From NCBI GenBank assembly GCA_001774685.1, contig MFAS01000001.1, forward strand, positions 479,557-543,556: DNA of 64,000 nucleotides. The letters run 5' to 3'. Source of the stretch: Candidatus Collierbacteria bacterium RIFOXYD2_FULL_45_13. GTDB taxonomy: Bacteria; Patescibacteriota; Microgenomatia; UBA1400; MFAQ01. The notes below the pieces were generated by a model. That model saw only the letters and a program-made list of their open reading frames with translations. It was not told the DNA's origin and did no database searches. This document shows positions 1 to 10,357 of the stretch, one piece after another. Position 1 is the first letter of the stretch. Each line of letters opens with the position of its first letter. The translations under genes were made by a program, and so were the position numbers.

Positions 1-2
1 TA

Positions 3-3000
3 TCCAGTACACCTCTCACTTGTACCTTCAACAACGCCCGCGATACAGGGACAATAGTTGTTTACAAAGACGTCCAGGGGCCTGCCGGGGAGGACGTTAC
101 GGATAATTCAAATTATTTTGAAGTGAGTTTGGATTCCGGCACGGGACAAACTATTTCGGACAACCTCACGGTTACTTACAATGACATACCTGTTGGAAGT
201 CACACTATTACGGAATCATTAATCGATTCAGACTACACTCTTTACGGAATAAGCAATACTGCCGGAGGATCCGGAAATACTGGCGGACTAACACTTAATG
301 TTACCACCGGAACAAACAATGTCTATGTAACCAACAGACAGAAAACCGGAAAAATAATAGTCATTAAAGATGTTGTAAATCCTAACGGTGGTGAAGTTTC
401 AGATTCTCATCCCTTTACAGCCAATCTCAGCCCGGGAGGTCAATCCTCATCAATTGCTGAAGGAAGTAACGCAGAGTTTACCGTCAATCCGGGAACATAT
501 ACTGTTTCGGAATCCGAGGATGGAGATTACACAAACTTTGGGTGTCTAACTGCCACAGGAAAAACCGACATTGTTGTCGCTTCAGGCGGGGAAGTCTCCA
601 TCACATGCAAAAATCAACAGAAACCAGCCACCATCACAGTCTATAAAAATGTTTTGAAGGCCGATGGTGTCACTGAAGTGTCCGATTCAAACGTATTCTC
701 CGTCACCTTAAGTGGTGAAACTAAAGATTTTTCGGAAGGTAACCCTGCCGTCTTCACTGTTAACCCCGGAGGTCCTTATGCTGCGGTCGAATCTCCTGAA
801 ACAAATTATCTTTGGGTTAGCCAGGACGGTTCCGTGACTGTATTTTCAAACGGCAGTGGAACTATTAATATCGTCAACAAGCAAAAAGCCGGTATCATTT
901 CCGGATATAAGTTTGACGCAACCAGCGGTTTGGGAATTTTAAATTGGGTAATCAACTTAACCGGTGCCTCAACCTTGACGACCTACACAGACGCTTCCGG
1001 TTTCTATGAATTCTTAGGTCTTAATGTTGGATCTTATACCGTTTCTGAAGATCAACCATCTGACTGGACACCAGTCGGAGTCACTTCTTACGATCTCACC
1101 GTCACTCCGGGAGATGAGCTTCTACAGAACAACTTTACCAACTTCCAAAACGGTTCTATTTCCGGTTACAAATATCATGATCTCAACCGCAACGGTACCA
1201 AAGACACAGACGAACCGGAACTTGACGGTTGGAGTATAAATCTGACTGGATCAGCATCAAATTCGGTAGTCACCGGCGCAGGCGACTGGCCTGATGGATA
1301 TTACGAATTTACCAATCTTGGACCGGGTACCTACCATGTTTCCGAGGAAAATCAAAACGGTTGGGTCCAGGAGGAACCTTCGGATAACGATCACGAAATC
1401 GTGATGACTTCAGGGGGAAATTTTACCGGCACAAACTTCGGCAATTTCCACCTTGAGCCGGAGCTATCCATCAACAAAGTCTTAGCCACTACCAGCCCCT
1501 CAGAAATTTTGGTTGGCGAGACCGCCACTTTTGAAATTACGATTACTAACGAAGGCAATGTCACTCTCCAAAATCCAATTATCTACGACACCTACGATGC
1601 AAGTTTCTTGGAATTTGTTTCCAGTTCCCCGGTCGCTCCGACCACTCACACCGGCGCAGTAGCCGACACCTCCGACTACGATGAAGATGGCGACACTACC
1701 GAGCTTATCCGCGACTTAACTTGGGAACTTCCTGTTTCCTTGGCTCCCGGAGAGTCGTACACGCTCACCGTGGTTTTCACCGCTATCCAGGCGACCGCCG
1801 AGCCTACGCTGACCGGGAACGAAGTCTATATGACCGCCTGCTACGAACAATGTGGCGATGGGCAGAGCCTTGAGACTCCTACTGATAACGCCTTTGTAGA
1901 TATTGATTCACTGGGTGGAGTATCCGGCCAAAAATGGATTGACACCGACGGGGACAGCGAATGGGACGAGAATGAGTCCACTCTCAATGGCGTTACCATA
2001 AATCTTCTCAATTCCGATGACGAAGTTACAAACACTACCACCACAGAAGATAACGGCAGCTACAGCTTCACCGATCTAGCTACCGGAACCTATACGGTTT
2101 GTGAGGAAGTTCCCACCGGACACACCCAAACTTACCCCAATGGCTGTCACAGTATCACTGTTACGGATGATGGTGACACTTTCGAGGGTAAAAACTTCGG
2201 CAACGCACCTTTAACAAATATCCACGGCTACAAATGGAGCGACGTAGACGGCAACGGTATTCGTGGGGGCGAGGGCGAAGACCTGCTTGGCGGTTGGACC
2301 ATCTTCCTGGACGAAAACGGCAATGAACGGTTGGACGAAGGTGAGCAATCGGATGTGACCGATTCAGAAGGGCATCACCTGGGTTGGTACGTCTTCAACA
2401 ACCTCATCCCCGGTGTCTATTCCATCTGCGAAATCATACAACCTGGTTGGTCTCAAACCTTCCCGATCAATAGTGAGGTTCAATCCGTCTGTCACTCCAT
2501 TACTTTGCCAAATGACGACCAACAGTCCGAAAACGGTACTGTTGGACCAGAATATCACTTTGGTAACGTCCGAATTGAGCCCGTAATTCAAATAAGTAAA
2601 ACCAACTTCGCCGGTGGAGACAAGACGCCCGGTGGGTCAGTTGGCTACCGAATTCTTATCAACATTTTGGACGCCGATGTAAACAATCTAGTCGTCAAAG
2701 ATCTTCTTCCCAAAGGTTTCGTCTACCGTACCGGCTCTTACCAAGTCGTCATCAACGAACTTGATGTTACCGGCGCCTTCTCAGCCCCTACCTACAGCTC
2801 TCCAGGTACCTGGAATCTGGGTAACGTTCACAAAGGTGACAATATCGAGCTTTTCTACACTGCCGATATTTCCTCAGATGAGTACCCCGGTACATACTTT
2901 GATGTTGCCATGGCACAAGGAAATTCTCTCAGCGGTTCAGAGGTTGTTGCCTTAGCGCAACTCGAAGGTTACATCGCTGACAACTTCGTTGGCACTAGCG

Positions 3001-3176
3001 TCAAAGTCGTCAAAGACCAGACTCGTGCCGAAGTCTACGATGTCGAGAAAAAAGTTGAAGGTCAAGTCCTCGGTGCCTCCACCAGTCTTCCGGCTACCGG
3101 AGCCAACGAACTATGGCTCCTGGCCTCGCTGATCTCCCTCTACTTTGGTCTTAGATTAATAAGAGCATCCAAATAA
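3..3176 (+). CDS. Large sortase-anchored surface protein/adhesin (Cna-B/SdrD-B-like repeats, DUF11 domains), 5'-truncated by window edge
   Basis: Frame is open from position 3 (track starts it at 123). Repeated Ig-like modules (ISGYKY-HDLNRNGTKD, VSGQKW-IDTDGDSEWD, IHGYKW-SDVDGNG with Dx[DN]xDG Ca-binding loops); DUF11-like PELSINK...GETATFEITITNEG. C-terminal LPATG (3087-3101), hydrophobic helix and basic tail. Confidence 0.85.
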   Translation, partial: SSTPLTCTFNNARDTGTIVVYKDVQGPAGEDVTDNSNYFEVSLDSGTGQTISDNLTVTYNDIPVGSHTITESLIDSDYTLYGISNTAGGSGNTGGLTLNVTTGTNNVYVTNRQKTGKIIVIKDVVNPNGGEVSDSHPFTANLSPGGQSSSIAEGSNAEFTVNPGTYTVSESEDGDYTNFGCLTATGKTDIVVASGGEVSITCKNQQKPATITVYKNVLKADGVTEVSDSNVFSVTLSGETKDFSEGNPAVFTVNPGGPYAAVESPETNYLWVSQDGSVTVFSNGSGTINIVNKQKAGIISGYKFDATSGLGILNWVINLTGASTLTTYTDASGFYEFLGLNVGSYTVSEDQPSDWTPVGVTSYDLTVTPGDELLQNNFTNFQNGSISGYKYHDLNRNGTKDTDEPELDGWSINLTGSASNSVVTGAGDWPDGYYEFTNLGPGTYHVSEENQNGWVQEEPSDNDHEIVMTSGGNFTGTNFGNFHLEPELSINKVLATTSPSEILVGETATFEITITNEGNVTLQNPIIYDTYDASFLEFVSSSPVAPTTHTGAVADTSDYDEDGDTTELIRDLTWELPVSLAPGESYTLTVVFTAIQATAEPTLTGNEVYMTACYEQCGDGQSLETPTDNAFVDIDSLGGVSGQKWIDTDGDSEWDENESTLNGVTINLLNSDDEVTNTTTTEDNGSYSFTDLATGTYTVCEEVPTGHTQTYPNGCHSITVTDDGDTFEGKNFGNAPLTNIHGYKWSDVDGNGIRGGEGEDLLGGWTIFLDENGNERLDEGEQSDVTDSEGHHLGWYVFNNLIPGVYSICEIIQPGWSQTFPINSEVQSVCHSITLPNDDQQSENGTVGPEYHFGNVRIEPVIQISKTNFAGGDKTPGGSVGYRILINILDADVNNLVVKDLLPKGFVYRTGSYQVVINELDVTGAFSAPTYSSPGTWNLGNVHKGDNIELFYTADISSDEYPGTYFDVAMAQGNSLSGSEVVALAQLEGYIADNFVGTSVKVVKDQTRAEVYDVEKKVEGQVLGASTSLPATGANELWLLASLISLYFGLRLIRASK

Positions 3177-3177
3177 A

Positions 3178-4143
3178 ATGAAACTAAAACTATTTCTTCT
3201 TGCTGCCCTTGCGGTATATATCTTCCCAAATGTTATTTTCGCCGCGAGTTTCTCGCTTACCATCGATCGGCCGAAATCCCCCTCAAGAATTGATAACTTC
3301 AATCTGACCGGCACATCCTTAGATCGGCCGAACGCGACTAGGAACATTACCGTTAAATGTTACAAGAAGGGTCCGTCAGACAGCAACTTCGTTCAATTTG
3401 ATACAGATCAGATTTTGATTCCGGGAGGAAATGTGTATTCATGTTCTGTCAACAATAGTACTTTGAATTCGGATGGAGTCTATTCTTTCAAAACAGTCGC
3501 CTCGGTAAGCGAACCGTCATTTGAACAGTTGACAAGCGACATTGTTAATTATGACTACAACACCTCCGGACCGAGTACTCCGGTCAATTACTCCAAAGAG
3601 CGCCTTAATAGTTGCGATTACAAGATCAAGTTTAAGACCGCCGATGATGGCAAGACCGTCAAAGTCCAGATTTTCCGTTCCGACACTCTCAGCATTCATG
3701 TCGACGCTGGTGCTGTGCTGACTTCCGTCAATATCTCACCGAACACCGAAGGGGAAATTACCAACAGTGTTCCGATTTGTGGCAAGGATTATTACTACGT
3801 TATCAGAGCTGTAGATAGCTCAGACAACGCTTCCGGCACTATCGGCGATAGTTTCACGACTACCACGACCACGAGTACCACCACCGGCTCTGTCGCCGGA
3901 AGTCAAACTGGTGGGACGGGTGCCATAGTTCTCACCGACGCTTCTGCTCAGGTCGCCGAACCGGGTCAAACAACTTCCGATACACCGGAACCAATTATCG
4001 ATAACTCTCAAGCCCCCACACCCTCGATTCTCGGTACTTCTACCGAAGACCGGAAAAAAATCACCAAGTGGTTGTTGGGAGCCGCAGCTATTATCGTCGG
4101 TTATCTGCTAATGAAGGCCCGCCGTAGATCAAAATCGAAGTAG
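3178..4143 (+). CDS. Secreted Ig/Fn3-like protein with Thr/Ser/Pro-rich stalk and C-terminal membrane anchor
   Basis: Signal peptide; YYYVIRAVDSSDNAS Fn3-like end motif; TTTTTTSTTT stalk; C-terminal TM followed by KARRRSKSK; no LPxTG. Confidence 0.7.
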   Translation: MKLKLFLLAALAVYIFPNVIFAASFSLTIDRPKSPSRIDNFNLTGTSLDRPNATRNITVKCYKKGPSDSNFVQFDTDQILIPGGNVYSCSVNNSTLNSDGVYSFKTVASVSEPSFEQLTSDIVNYDYNTSGPSTPVNYSKERLNSCDYKIKFKTADDGKTVKVQIFRSDTLSIHVDAGAVLTSVNISPNTEGEITNSVPICGKDYYYVIRAVDSSDNASGTIGDSFTTTTTTSTTTGSVAGSQTGGTGAIVLTDASAQVAEPGQTTSDTPEPIIDNSQAPTPSILGTSTEDRKKITKWLLGAAAIIVGYLLMKARRRSKSK

Positions 4144-4152
4144 AATAGAATT

Positions 4153-4725
4153 GTGAAATATTTACTCGGCATTGCTCTCATTATCTTTGCCTTTGTTGTC
4201 TTGGGGGGAACTTTCCTCCCTGTTCTTCAGCAAGAGATCAGTTACGATCTGGCCAAGTATCAAAATCCATCCGACATCAAAGACCTCAAACCTCTGGATA
4301 CCGATTTCGGTGTCATCATTCCCAAGATTGGAGCCAACGCTCATGTCATCAAGAACGTCGATCCATACAACTCAGTCATATATCAGTCCGCACTTACCGG
4401 GGGAGTGGCTCACGCCAAAGGATCAGCCTTACCTGGCCAAACGGGTAATATCTTTTTATTTTCTCATTCTTCCGCCGATTTTCTCAACGCTACGAAATAC
4501 AACTCTATTTTCTATCTTCTAAGCAAGATGGAAAAAGATGATCCTATCAAACTATTTTACGAGGATAAAGAGTTCAGTTATCTTGTCCAAACGAAACAGA
4601 TTGTGGCTTCTGACGCCATTCAATTTTTAACCTATGAAGCCAAAGCGGAGACCCTTACTCTGATGACTTGTTGGCCCCCGGGAACATCGCTGAGGCGTCT
4701 CATCGTTCAGGCCACCAGACTGTAG
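4153..4725 (+). CDS. Sortase
   Basis: N-terminal anchor, IPKIG, GNIFLFSHS (catalytic His), TLTLMTCWPPG (catalytic Cys), downstream RLIV (Arg); adjacent to an LPATG protein. Confidence 0.92.
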   Translation: MKYLLGIALIIFAFVVLGGTFLPVLQQEISYDLAKYQNPSDIKDLKPLDTDFGVIIPKIGANAHVIKNVDPYNSVIYQSALTGGVAHAKGSALPGQTGNIFLFSHSSADFLNATKYNSIFYLLSKMEKDDPIKLFYEDKEFSYLVQTKQIVASDAIQFLTYEAKAETLTLMTCWPPGTSLRRLIVQATRL

Positions 4726-4746
4726 TGTGCCGCACTCCCAGGTCTA

Positions 4747-4775
4747 TTGTTTATCCTAACAATCCATCTTATAAT
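4747..4775 (+). promoter_or_regulatory. Putative sigma70 promoter of the pilus operon
   Basis: TTGTTT-17 nt-TATAAT; an ATTGTT/AACAAT inverted repeat (4746-4763) overlaps the -35. Confidence 0.5.
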
Positions 4776-4802
4776 TGCCACATTGAATTTTATCTTACAA
4801 AA

Positions 4803-6476
4803 ATGCTAATTTCAGATTCTGACCTAATCAAGCTGGTTCTCCATAAAAAGTTACTTTCCAAAAAAGACCTGGAGAACATAAAAGGGGGACAGAAGGAGTC
4901 ATCAGATTCCCTGCTCAGTCTTATTATGAACTCAGGTCTGGTCGCTGAGGAAGCCCTCTACTTGGAAATCGCTCGCAATCTTCACCTACCATACACCAAA
5001 CTCTCTCCGTCTAAAATCGAAAAAACCATTCTCGGTCTTCTTCCGGAAAAGGTCGCTAGAAATAAAAAGGCGATCGTTTTTGACCGGGATAAAAAATGTC
5101 TTAAGATAGCCGTTTCGGATTCCTCGAACAAGGAGCTCATTGGCCTCATCTCACAAAAGACCGGTCAGCGGGTTAAGCTATACTTGACCTTACCCTCCGA
5201 GATAAAAAAAATCCTCCCTCTCTATAGACTCCCTTTGCAGAAAGCGATAGATAATATTTTGAAAGACAAGTCCGATCTTGGTTTAGAAGCAGCTCCGGTT
5301 AAAAAAATTGTCGACTTACTCATTCTCTACGCTTATCAGGACGGAGCCTCCGATATTCATGTCGAGCCGGAGGAAAATAGTTTCGTCATCCGCTACCGTA
5401 TCGACGGCATTCTTCACGACGTTCTCACTCTTCCAAAAGACCTGTTGGACAGAGTCGCTACTCGTGTCAAAGTCCTGTCCCGCTTAAGAACCGATGAACA
5501 TCAAAATCCTCAAGACGGTAAGTTCAGGTTTCCCCTGGAAGAGGAGAATCTGGATCTTCGTGTTTCCATTATTCCGGTGGCCGATGGCGAAAAAGTGGTG
5601 ATGAGACTCTTAACTTCCAAGTCCCGCGAATATTCACTGGAAAATATTGGCTTTAACCCCATCGACTTAAAAACCATTCAAAAAGCCCTCAATCGTTCAT
5701 ACGGCATGATTCTTTCCACCGGACCCACAGGGTCGGGCAAGACCACCACCATCTATGCTCTAATCAAAACTCTAAACACCAGAGAAAGGAACATCACCAC
5801 AATCGAAGATCCCGTGGAGTACCGCATCAAAGGAGTGAATCAAATTCAGGTAAATCCAAAAACTAACCTCACCTTTGCCAACGGTTTGGGGTCTATTCTT
5901 CGTCAAGATCCCAATATTATCTTCGTTGGTGAAGTTCGCGATAGTGAGACAGCGGCTATTGCCGTCAATGCCGCCCTTACCGGTCACTTGGTTTTCTCCA
6001 CTCTCCACACCTCAGACGCTGTCGGGGCAGTTCCTCGTTTACTGGACATGGGGATAGAGCCCTTTCTCCTGACCTCCACCGTTAATGTTATCGTTGCCCA
6101 GAGACTTCTAAGGAAAGTGTGTGATGACTGCAAAGAATCCCTTGTTATCTCCCGCAAAGAACTAGCCAAGAATATCCCCCAGGATTCCATCAAGCGTATT
6201 TTTGGTTCTTCACAAAAAATCAAAATATTCCAGGGAAAAGGTTGCCCCACTTGTCACCAAACTGGCTATCTCGGTCGGGTGGGCATCGTTGAGGTTTTAA
6301 CCATGACCAAAAATATCAAAAAAATGATCATCGAAGGTCGAGACTCCGATCAAATATTAGAGGTTGCTGTCAAAGAAGGTATGGTTACCATGTTCGATGA
6401 TGGCCTAAAAAAAGCCGGTATGGGCATAACCACTATTGGGGAAGTGCTTCGAGTTACCAAGATTGAATCTTTATGA
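4803..6476 (+). CDS. pilB: Type IV pilus assembly ATPase PilB/GspE family
   Basis: ASDIHVEP, RYRIDG, Walker A GPTGSGKTTT, TIEDPVEY, LRQDPNIIFVGEVRD, TGHLVFSTLH, CxxC...CxxC zinc motif. Start moved to ATG 4803 (track start 4668 overlaps the sortase). Confidence 0.95.
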   Translation: MLISDSDLIKLVLHKKLLSKKDLENIKGGQKESSDSLLSLIMNSGLVAEEALYLEIARNLHLPYTKLSPSKIEKTILGLLPEKVARNKKAIVFDRDKKCLKIAVSDSSNKELIGLISQKTGQRVKLYLTLPSEIKKILPLYRLPLQKAIDNILKDKSDLGLEAAPVKKIVDLLILYAYQDGASDIHVEPEENSFVIRYRIDGILHDVLTLPKDLLDRVATRVKVLSRLRTDEHQNPQDGKFRFPLEEENLDLRVSIIPVADGEKVVMRLLTSKSREYSLENIGFNPIDLKTIQKALNRSYGMILSTGPTGSGKTTTIYALIKTLNTRERNITTIEDPVEYRIKGVNQIQVNPKTNLTFANGLGSILRQDPNIIFVGEVRDSETAAIAVNAALTGHLVFSTLHTSDAVGAVPRLLDMGIEPFLLTSTVNVIVAQRLLRKVCDDCKESLVISRKELAKNIPQDSIKRIFGSSQKIKIFQGKGCPTCHQTGYLGRVGIVEVLTMTKNIKKMIIEGRDSDQILEVAVKEGMVTMFDDGLKKAGMGITTIGEVLRVTKIESL

Positions 6477-7528
6477 AAACCTTAGACAAAGTTAGAATTA
6501 GCAACAACGACAAGTTAAACTTTCTTTCCAGCTTAGTCACCATGTTGAATGCCGGATTATCTGTTCTAGAGATAGTGGGATCTTTGGCTGAGGAGTCACA
6601 GGGTAATCTCAAAATATTTCTGGACGAACTTTACGAGGATATCTCTCAGGGACATACCATTTCGTCCACCATGTCCAAATTCCCTCGGATTTTCGACAAA
6701 ATCACCGTTAACGTTATTCGTTCCGCCGAAGAAAGCGGCACTTTGGAATCCACCATTCGGGAAGTCGAGTTAAGCCTAGAAAAATCCATCAAGTTTAACG
6801 ACAAGATCAAATCAGCGATGCTGTATCCCATGGTTGTCACCATCGTGTTCTTTGTAATTGTTATCGGTATTCTTGTTTTCGTCATCCCCAAAGTTACTTC
6901 AGTCTTTATTACTCTCAACATTGATCTGCCCTTACCCACCAAGATTCTCCTTTTTATCTCCAATATTCTAACTCAGCATACCTTGATTCTCTTAGCCTCA
7001 CTTCTCGTACTGGGTGCAGGAACCTTTTTAATCTATTTAAAGAAGCGTACCTGGTTCATCAATCGTCTAATCTCTCTTCCCTTTATCTCCAAGATTGTCG
7101 CCGATATTGATCTGGCCAGATTTTCTCACAACCTATCTCTTTTGCTGGACGCCGGCATCCCCATTATCACCAGTTTGGACTTGACCAGAGAAGTCATTAT
7201 CAGAGAAGATATCAGACTAGCCATAGAAGATACCAAAGAAATGGTTTCGTCAGGGAAAAGAATGTCCGAAGGTTTCAAAAAAGCCAAAAAGTTATTTCCC
7301 AAACTTATGGTTCTCATTGCCGATGCGGGGGAACACTCTGGATCTTTAAGTACGTCCATGGAATATATTTCCAAACATCTCGAATATCAGGTCGAGAAAA
7401 GACTGTTCTCGGCCGCCACCTTGATTGAGCCGGTCATGCTCGTCATTATTGGCTTGGTCGTTGGGGGGATGATGCTATCGATCATTAGCCCGATTTACTC
7501 TTTAATTGGCCAAATTGGACCACACTAA
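6473..7528 (+). CDS. pilC: Type IV pilus/T2SS platform protein PilC/GspF
   Basis: Two T2SSF domains (AEESGTLE...SAMLYP; AGEHSGSL...IEP) with TM helices; coupled to pilB. Confidence 0.93.
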   Translation: MKTLDKVRISNNDKLNFLSSLVTMLNAGLSVLEIVGSLAEESQGNLKIFLDELYEDISQGHTISSTMSKFPRIFDKITVNVIRSAEESGTLESTIREVELSLEKSIKFNDKIKSAMLYPMVVTIVFFVIVIGILVFVIPKVTSVFITLNIDLPLPTKILLFISNILTQHTLILLASLLVLGAGTFLIYLKKRTWFINRLISLPFISKIVADIDLARFSHNLSLLLDAGIPIITSLDLTREVIIREDIRLAIEDTKEMVSSGKRMSEGFKKAKKLFPKLMVLIADAGEHSGSLSTSMEYISKHLEYQVEKRLFSAATLIEPVMLVIIGLVVGGMMLSIISPIYSLIGQIGPH

Positions 7529-7530
7529 AG

Positions 7531-8007
7531 ATGAGCCATCCCATCCACCATTCCGGACACACTTTAATCGAACTTCTGGTTGTCATGGGTATGTTCACTA
7601 TCCTTTTTGCCGTCTCTTCATTTAACCTTCTGGGGGCCAGATCGCACACCTCTTTGGGTACCACTGTCGACACCTTGCTTACCGATCTTCGTGGCCAACA
7701 AACCCGCGCCATGAACGGAGATACAGGCGGAAGCGGTTCTCCTTCAGACTACGGAGTCCATTTCTTGACGAATGGCTACACTCTCTTCCAAGCACCATAT
7801 TCTCCCTCCGATCCCTCAAATCTTACGGTGTCACTCGACGATGTCGTTATTACCAACACTTTTCCTTCGGACGAGGTTGTCTTTACCCGAGGCAGTGGCG
7901 AGGTTGCTGGGGGTGGTGCTTCAATCCGTCTCACCGGGACCACTTCTCCGGTAGGCCCCCTGATTATTACTCTCAATCGTTTTGGTGTTATTCAGTCAGT
8001 TAATTAA
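7531..8007 (+). CDS. Minor pilin (FimT/GspH-like)
   Basis: Class III signal G|HTLIELLVV with Glu5; LRGQQTRAM...YGVHF pattern. Confidence 0.85.
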   Translation: MSHPIHHSGHTLIELLVVMGMFTILFAVSSFNLLGARSHTSLGTTVDTLLTDLRGQQTRAMNGDTGGSGSPSDYGVHFLTNGYTLFQAPYSPSDPSNLTVSLDDVVITNTFPSDEVVFTRGSGEVAGGGASIRLTGTTSPVGPLIITLNRFGVIQSVN

Positions 8008-9876
8008 ATGACGAACACTAATCACAAAGGCCAGTCACTTATCGAACTTCTCGTCACCATGGGCTTGCTGACAATTTTTATGCCGGCTCTGGTCAGTGGT
8101 CTGGGTGCTTCTCGTCTCGGCAAAGCTCAACAATCACAAAGATTGGATGCTTTGGAAATACTCAAGGAAACCGAGGAAGCTACTCGCGCCGTGAGGGACA
8201 ATGACTGGGAGAATGTCAAAACCGACGGCACTTATCATCCGAACATTTCCGGAAACACCTGGATATTAAGCTCTGGAACGGATAATGTAAACGGTTTTAC
8301 CAGATCAATAGCCATTAGCGGTGTCCTGAGGGACTCTAGTACCGGAGTTATCTCTCCCACTGGTACCATTCCGGATCCCTCGGTTAAAAAAGTTGACTTA
8401 AGAATTTCTTGGACTACTCCAAATTATTCACATTTGGACACCACCTTTTATCTATCCAGATTCGTCGACAACACTGCTCTTCCAGGTTCAGGTACAATCC
8501 AACCACTTTCTGGTCACGGCGACTGGTGCAACCCTTTAACCGATAATTACAACCGTTTAAATCTTTACCACTCAAGCCAACCCAGTAGCATTATTGCCGG
8601 AATTAACAAGGTGTATGTCGGTACCACCAAAGACTCTTCGGGTTATGCCTTTGACGATGTCAGTATCGATCACAGCATAACCCCTTTTGCTCTCACTGGA
8701 GAAACAAATTACCAAAGTCCAGGATTACGGGCGAACGATGTTTTTACGGAATCAATCTATGCCTATATCGCTCCTGATAGTAACAATCAAGATGAAGTGA
8801 TCATTCTTGATGTTTCGGGAGCCAATCCCTCTCTTATTTCAGCGGTGAACTTCAACGGCAACAAAGGATCCAAGACACTTTATGTCTCGCACAACTCGAT
8901 AGTTAACAAAGATATTCTGTTCTTTGTTGCTTCCAACAACAATTTGTATTCATATGACATAACTGATCGCAATAATCCGATCGCCAAAGGCGTGCTTTTC
9001 GTTGGGGATACGAGCAGAATATTTGTAGTAGACAATTATGTCTTCTTAGCTCAAATATCCACGGCAAACCAGTTTCAAATCATCGACGCTTCGGATCCCA
9101 CTAATCTAAGAAAACCAGGAGGAAAGGGGTTCCTAAAACTAAACGACCAACCGGGGCAAGATGTGTTTGTAAATATTGATGGCACAAGAGCCTATTTTAT
9201 TACTCGAAAATCAGACTTAAATCCAGAGTTTTTTATTATAAATATTTCCGACAAAACCAATCCAGTCCAAATCGGTACCGGTTATGATACATATCTCCCT
9301 TCTGACCTCACCAAACAAATGGACCCAAAAGGGGTTACGGTAATTAACAAAAGAGCCATTGTCGTGGGTTTTGGTAGTCCACCTTATCAAGTATTTAGGA
9401 TTGAGAGTGATAATTATGATCTGTGCAAAGCAGTTACTACCCTAGGATCCTTTACTGTGGACAATTTATATGATGTTTCGTCTATTCTTAATAATGGTCA
9501 CGCTTATTCATACCTGATTGCGGACAACTCATCGGCAGAACTTCAAATAATTGAAGGGGGGAGCGGGGAACCGGGAGGTAGTGGTATGTATGAGTCGAGT
9601 ACTTTCGATGCCGGGCACGATGTTGCCTGGAACAACTTTACCGCCACGTCTGATCCAAATCTCTCTTACAAGTTCTCTCTCAAACACGGCTCTAGCGGTA
9701 GTTGTACGGGCGTAACCTTTACCGATACCGACTTTAATACTTTTACACCAGGACCTCTACCTCTTACCACTATTGGCTCAGGCTACACCAACCCGGCTCA
9801 ATGTATGCGTTATCGAGTGGTTAACTCTGGGTCGACTGCCGCCAGCTACACTATCACCATCAATTACTCACCATGA
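8008..9876 (+). CDS. Large minor pilin with C-terminal beta-propeller (LVIVD-like) domain
   Basis: G|QSLIELL prepilin motif; repeats such as IILDVSGANP, SYDITDRNNP, IIDASDPTN, IINISDKTNP. Confidence 0.78.
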   Translation: MTNTNHKGQSLIELLVTMGLLTIFMPALVSGLGASRLGKAQQSQRLDALEILKETEEATRAVRDNDWENVKTDGTYHPNISGNTWILSSGTDNVNGFTRSIAISGVLRDSSTGVISPTGTIPDPSVKKVDLRISWTTPNYSHLDTTFYLSRFVDNTALPGSGTIQPLSGHGDWCNPLTDNYNRLNLYHSSQPSSIIAGINKVYVGTTKDSSGYAFDDVSIDHSITPFALTGETNYQSPGLRANDVFTESIYAYIAPDSNNQDEVIILDVSGANPSLISAVNFNGNKGSKTLYVSHNSIVNKDILFFVASNNNLYSYDITDRNNPIAKGVLFVGDTSRIFVVDNYVFLAQISTANQFQIIDASDPTNLRKPGGKGFLKLNDQPGQDVFVNIDGTRAYFITRKSDLNPEFFIINISDKTNPVQIGTGYDTYLPSDLTKQMDPKGVTVINKRAIVVGFGSPPYQVFRIESDNYDLCKAVTTLGSFTVDNLYDVSSILNNGHAYSYLIADNSSAELQIIEGGSGEPGGSGMYESSTFDAGHDVAWNNFTATSDPNLSYKFSLKHGSSGSCTGVTFTDTDFNTFTPGPLPLTTIGSGYTNPAQCMRYRVVNSGSTAASYTITINYSP

Positions 9877-10352
9877 AGCAAATATCTATCAACCACCCGG
9901 GTTTTACCATTGTCGAGTTGCTAATTTACATGGGGGTTTCGGCGATTATTCTGGTTTCTCTGACACAGGTTTTTGTCATGATAGGCCGCCTAAGATTAGA
10001 ATCACAATCGTACTCTCTGCTTCAACAAGACGGCGTTTATTTACTATCCAGACTTAGCTACGATGTTGCCCGGTCCGGTAGCATTTCCACCCCGATCCTT
10101 GGAGCACAGGGTAACGTTCTTCAAACAGACAAGGTTAGATATTTCTTGGATAGTAACCGTCTCCGGATCACCGACTCTGTTGGCACGGAGTTTCTTACCG
10201 GTGGCGATATCACCATCTCCAACTTAAACTTTCATCACCTGGACGGAGGCACTCATGAAAACGTCAGGGTGTCTTTCACTCTTACTAGCCAAATCAAAGA
10301 ACCATCAGGTTTACAAACAAAAGATTTTAGTACCACCGTCGGGACTAGATAA
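9873..10352 (+). CDS. Minor pilin (PilW/GspJ-like)
   Basis: G|FTIVELLIYM prepilin motif. Confidence 0.85.
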   Translation: MKQISINHPGFTIVELLIYMGVSAIILVSLTQVFVMIGRLRLESQSYSLLQQDGVYLLSRLSYDVARSGSISTPILGAQGNVLQTDKVRYFLDSNRLRITDSVGTEFLTGGDITISNLNFHHLDGGTHENVRVSFTLTSQIKEPSGLQTKDFSTTVGTR

Positions 10353-10357
10353 AGAAT

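Noticed and set aside
3856-3888. ACC/ACG trinucleotide-like run
   Set aside because: Explained by poly-Thr stalk coding with mixed codons; not a DNA-level repeat.
4668-4802. N-terminal extension of PilB in the ORF track
   Set aside because: Overlaps the sortase and spans a putative promoter; ATG 4803 is more plausible.
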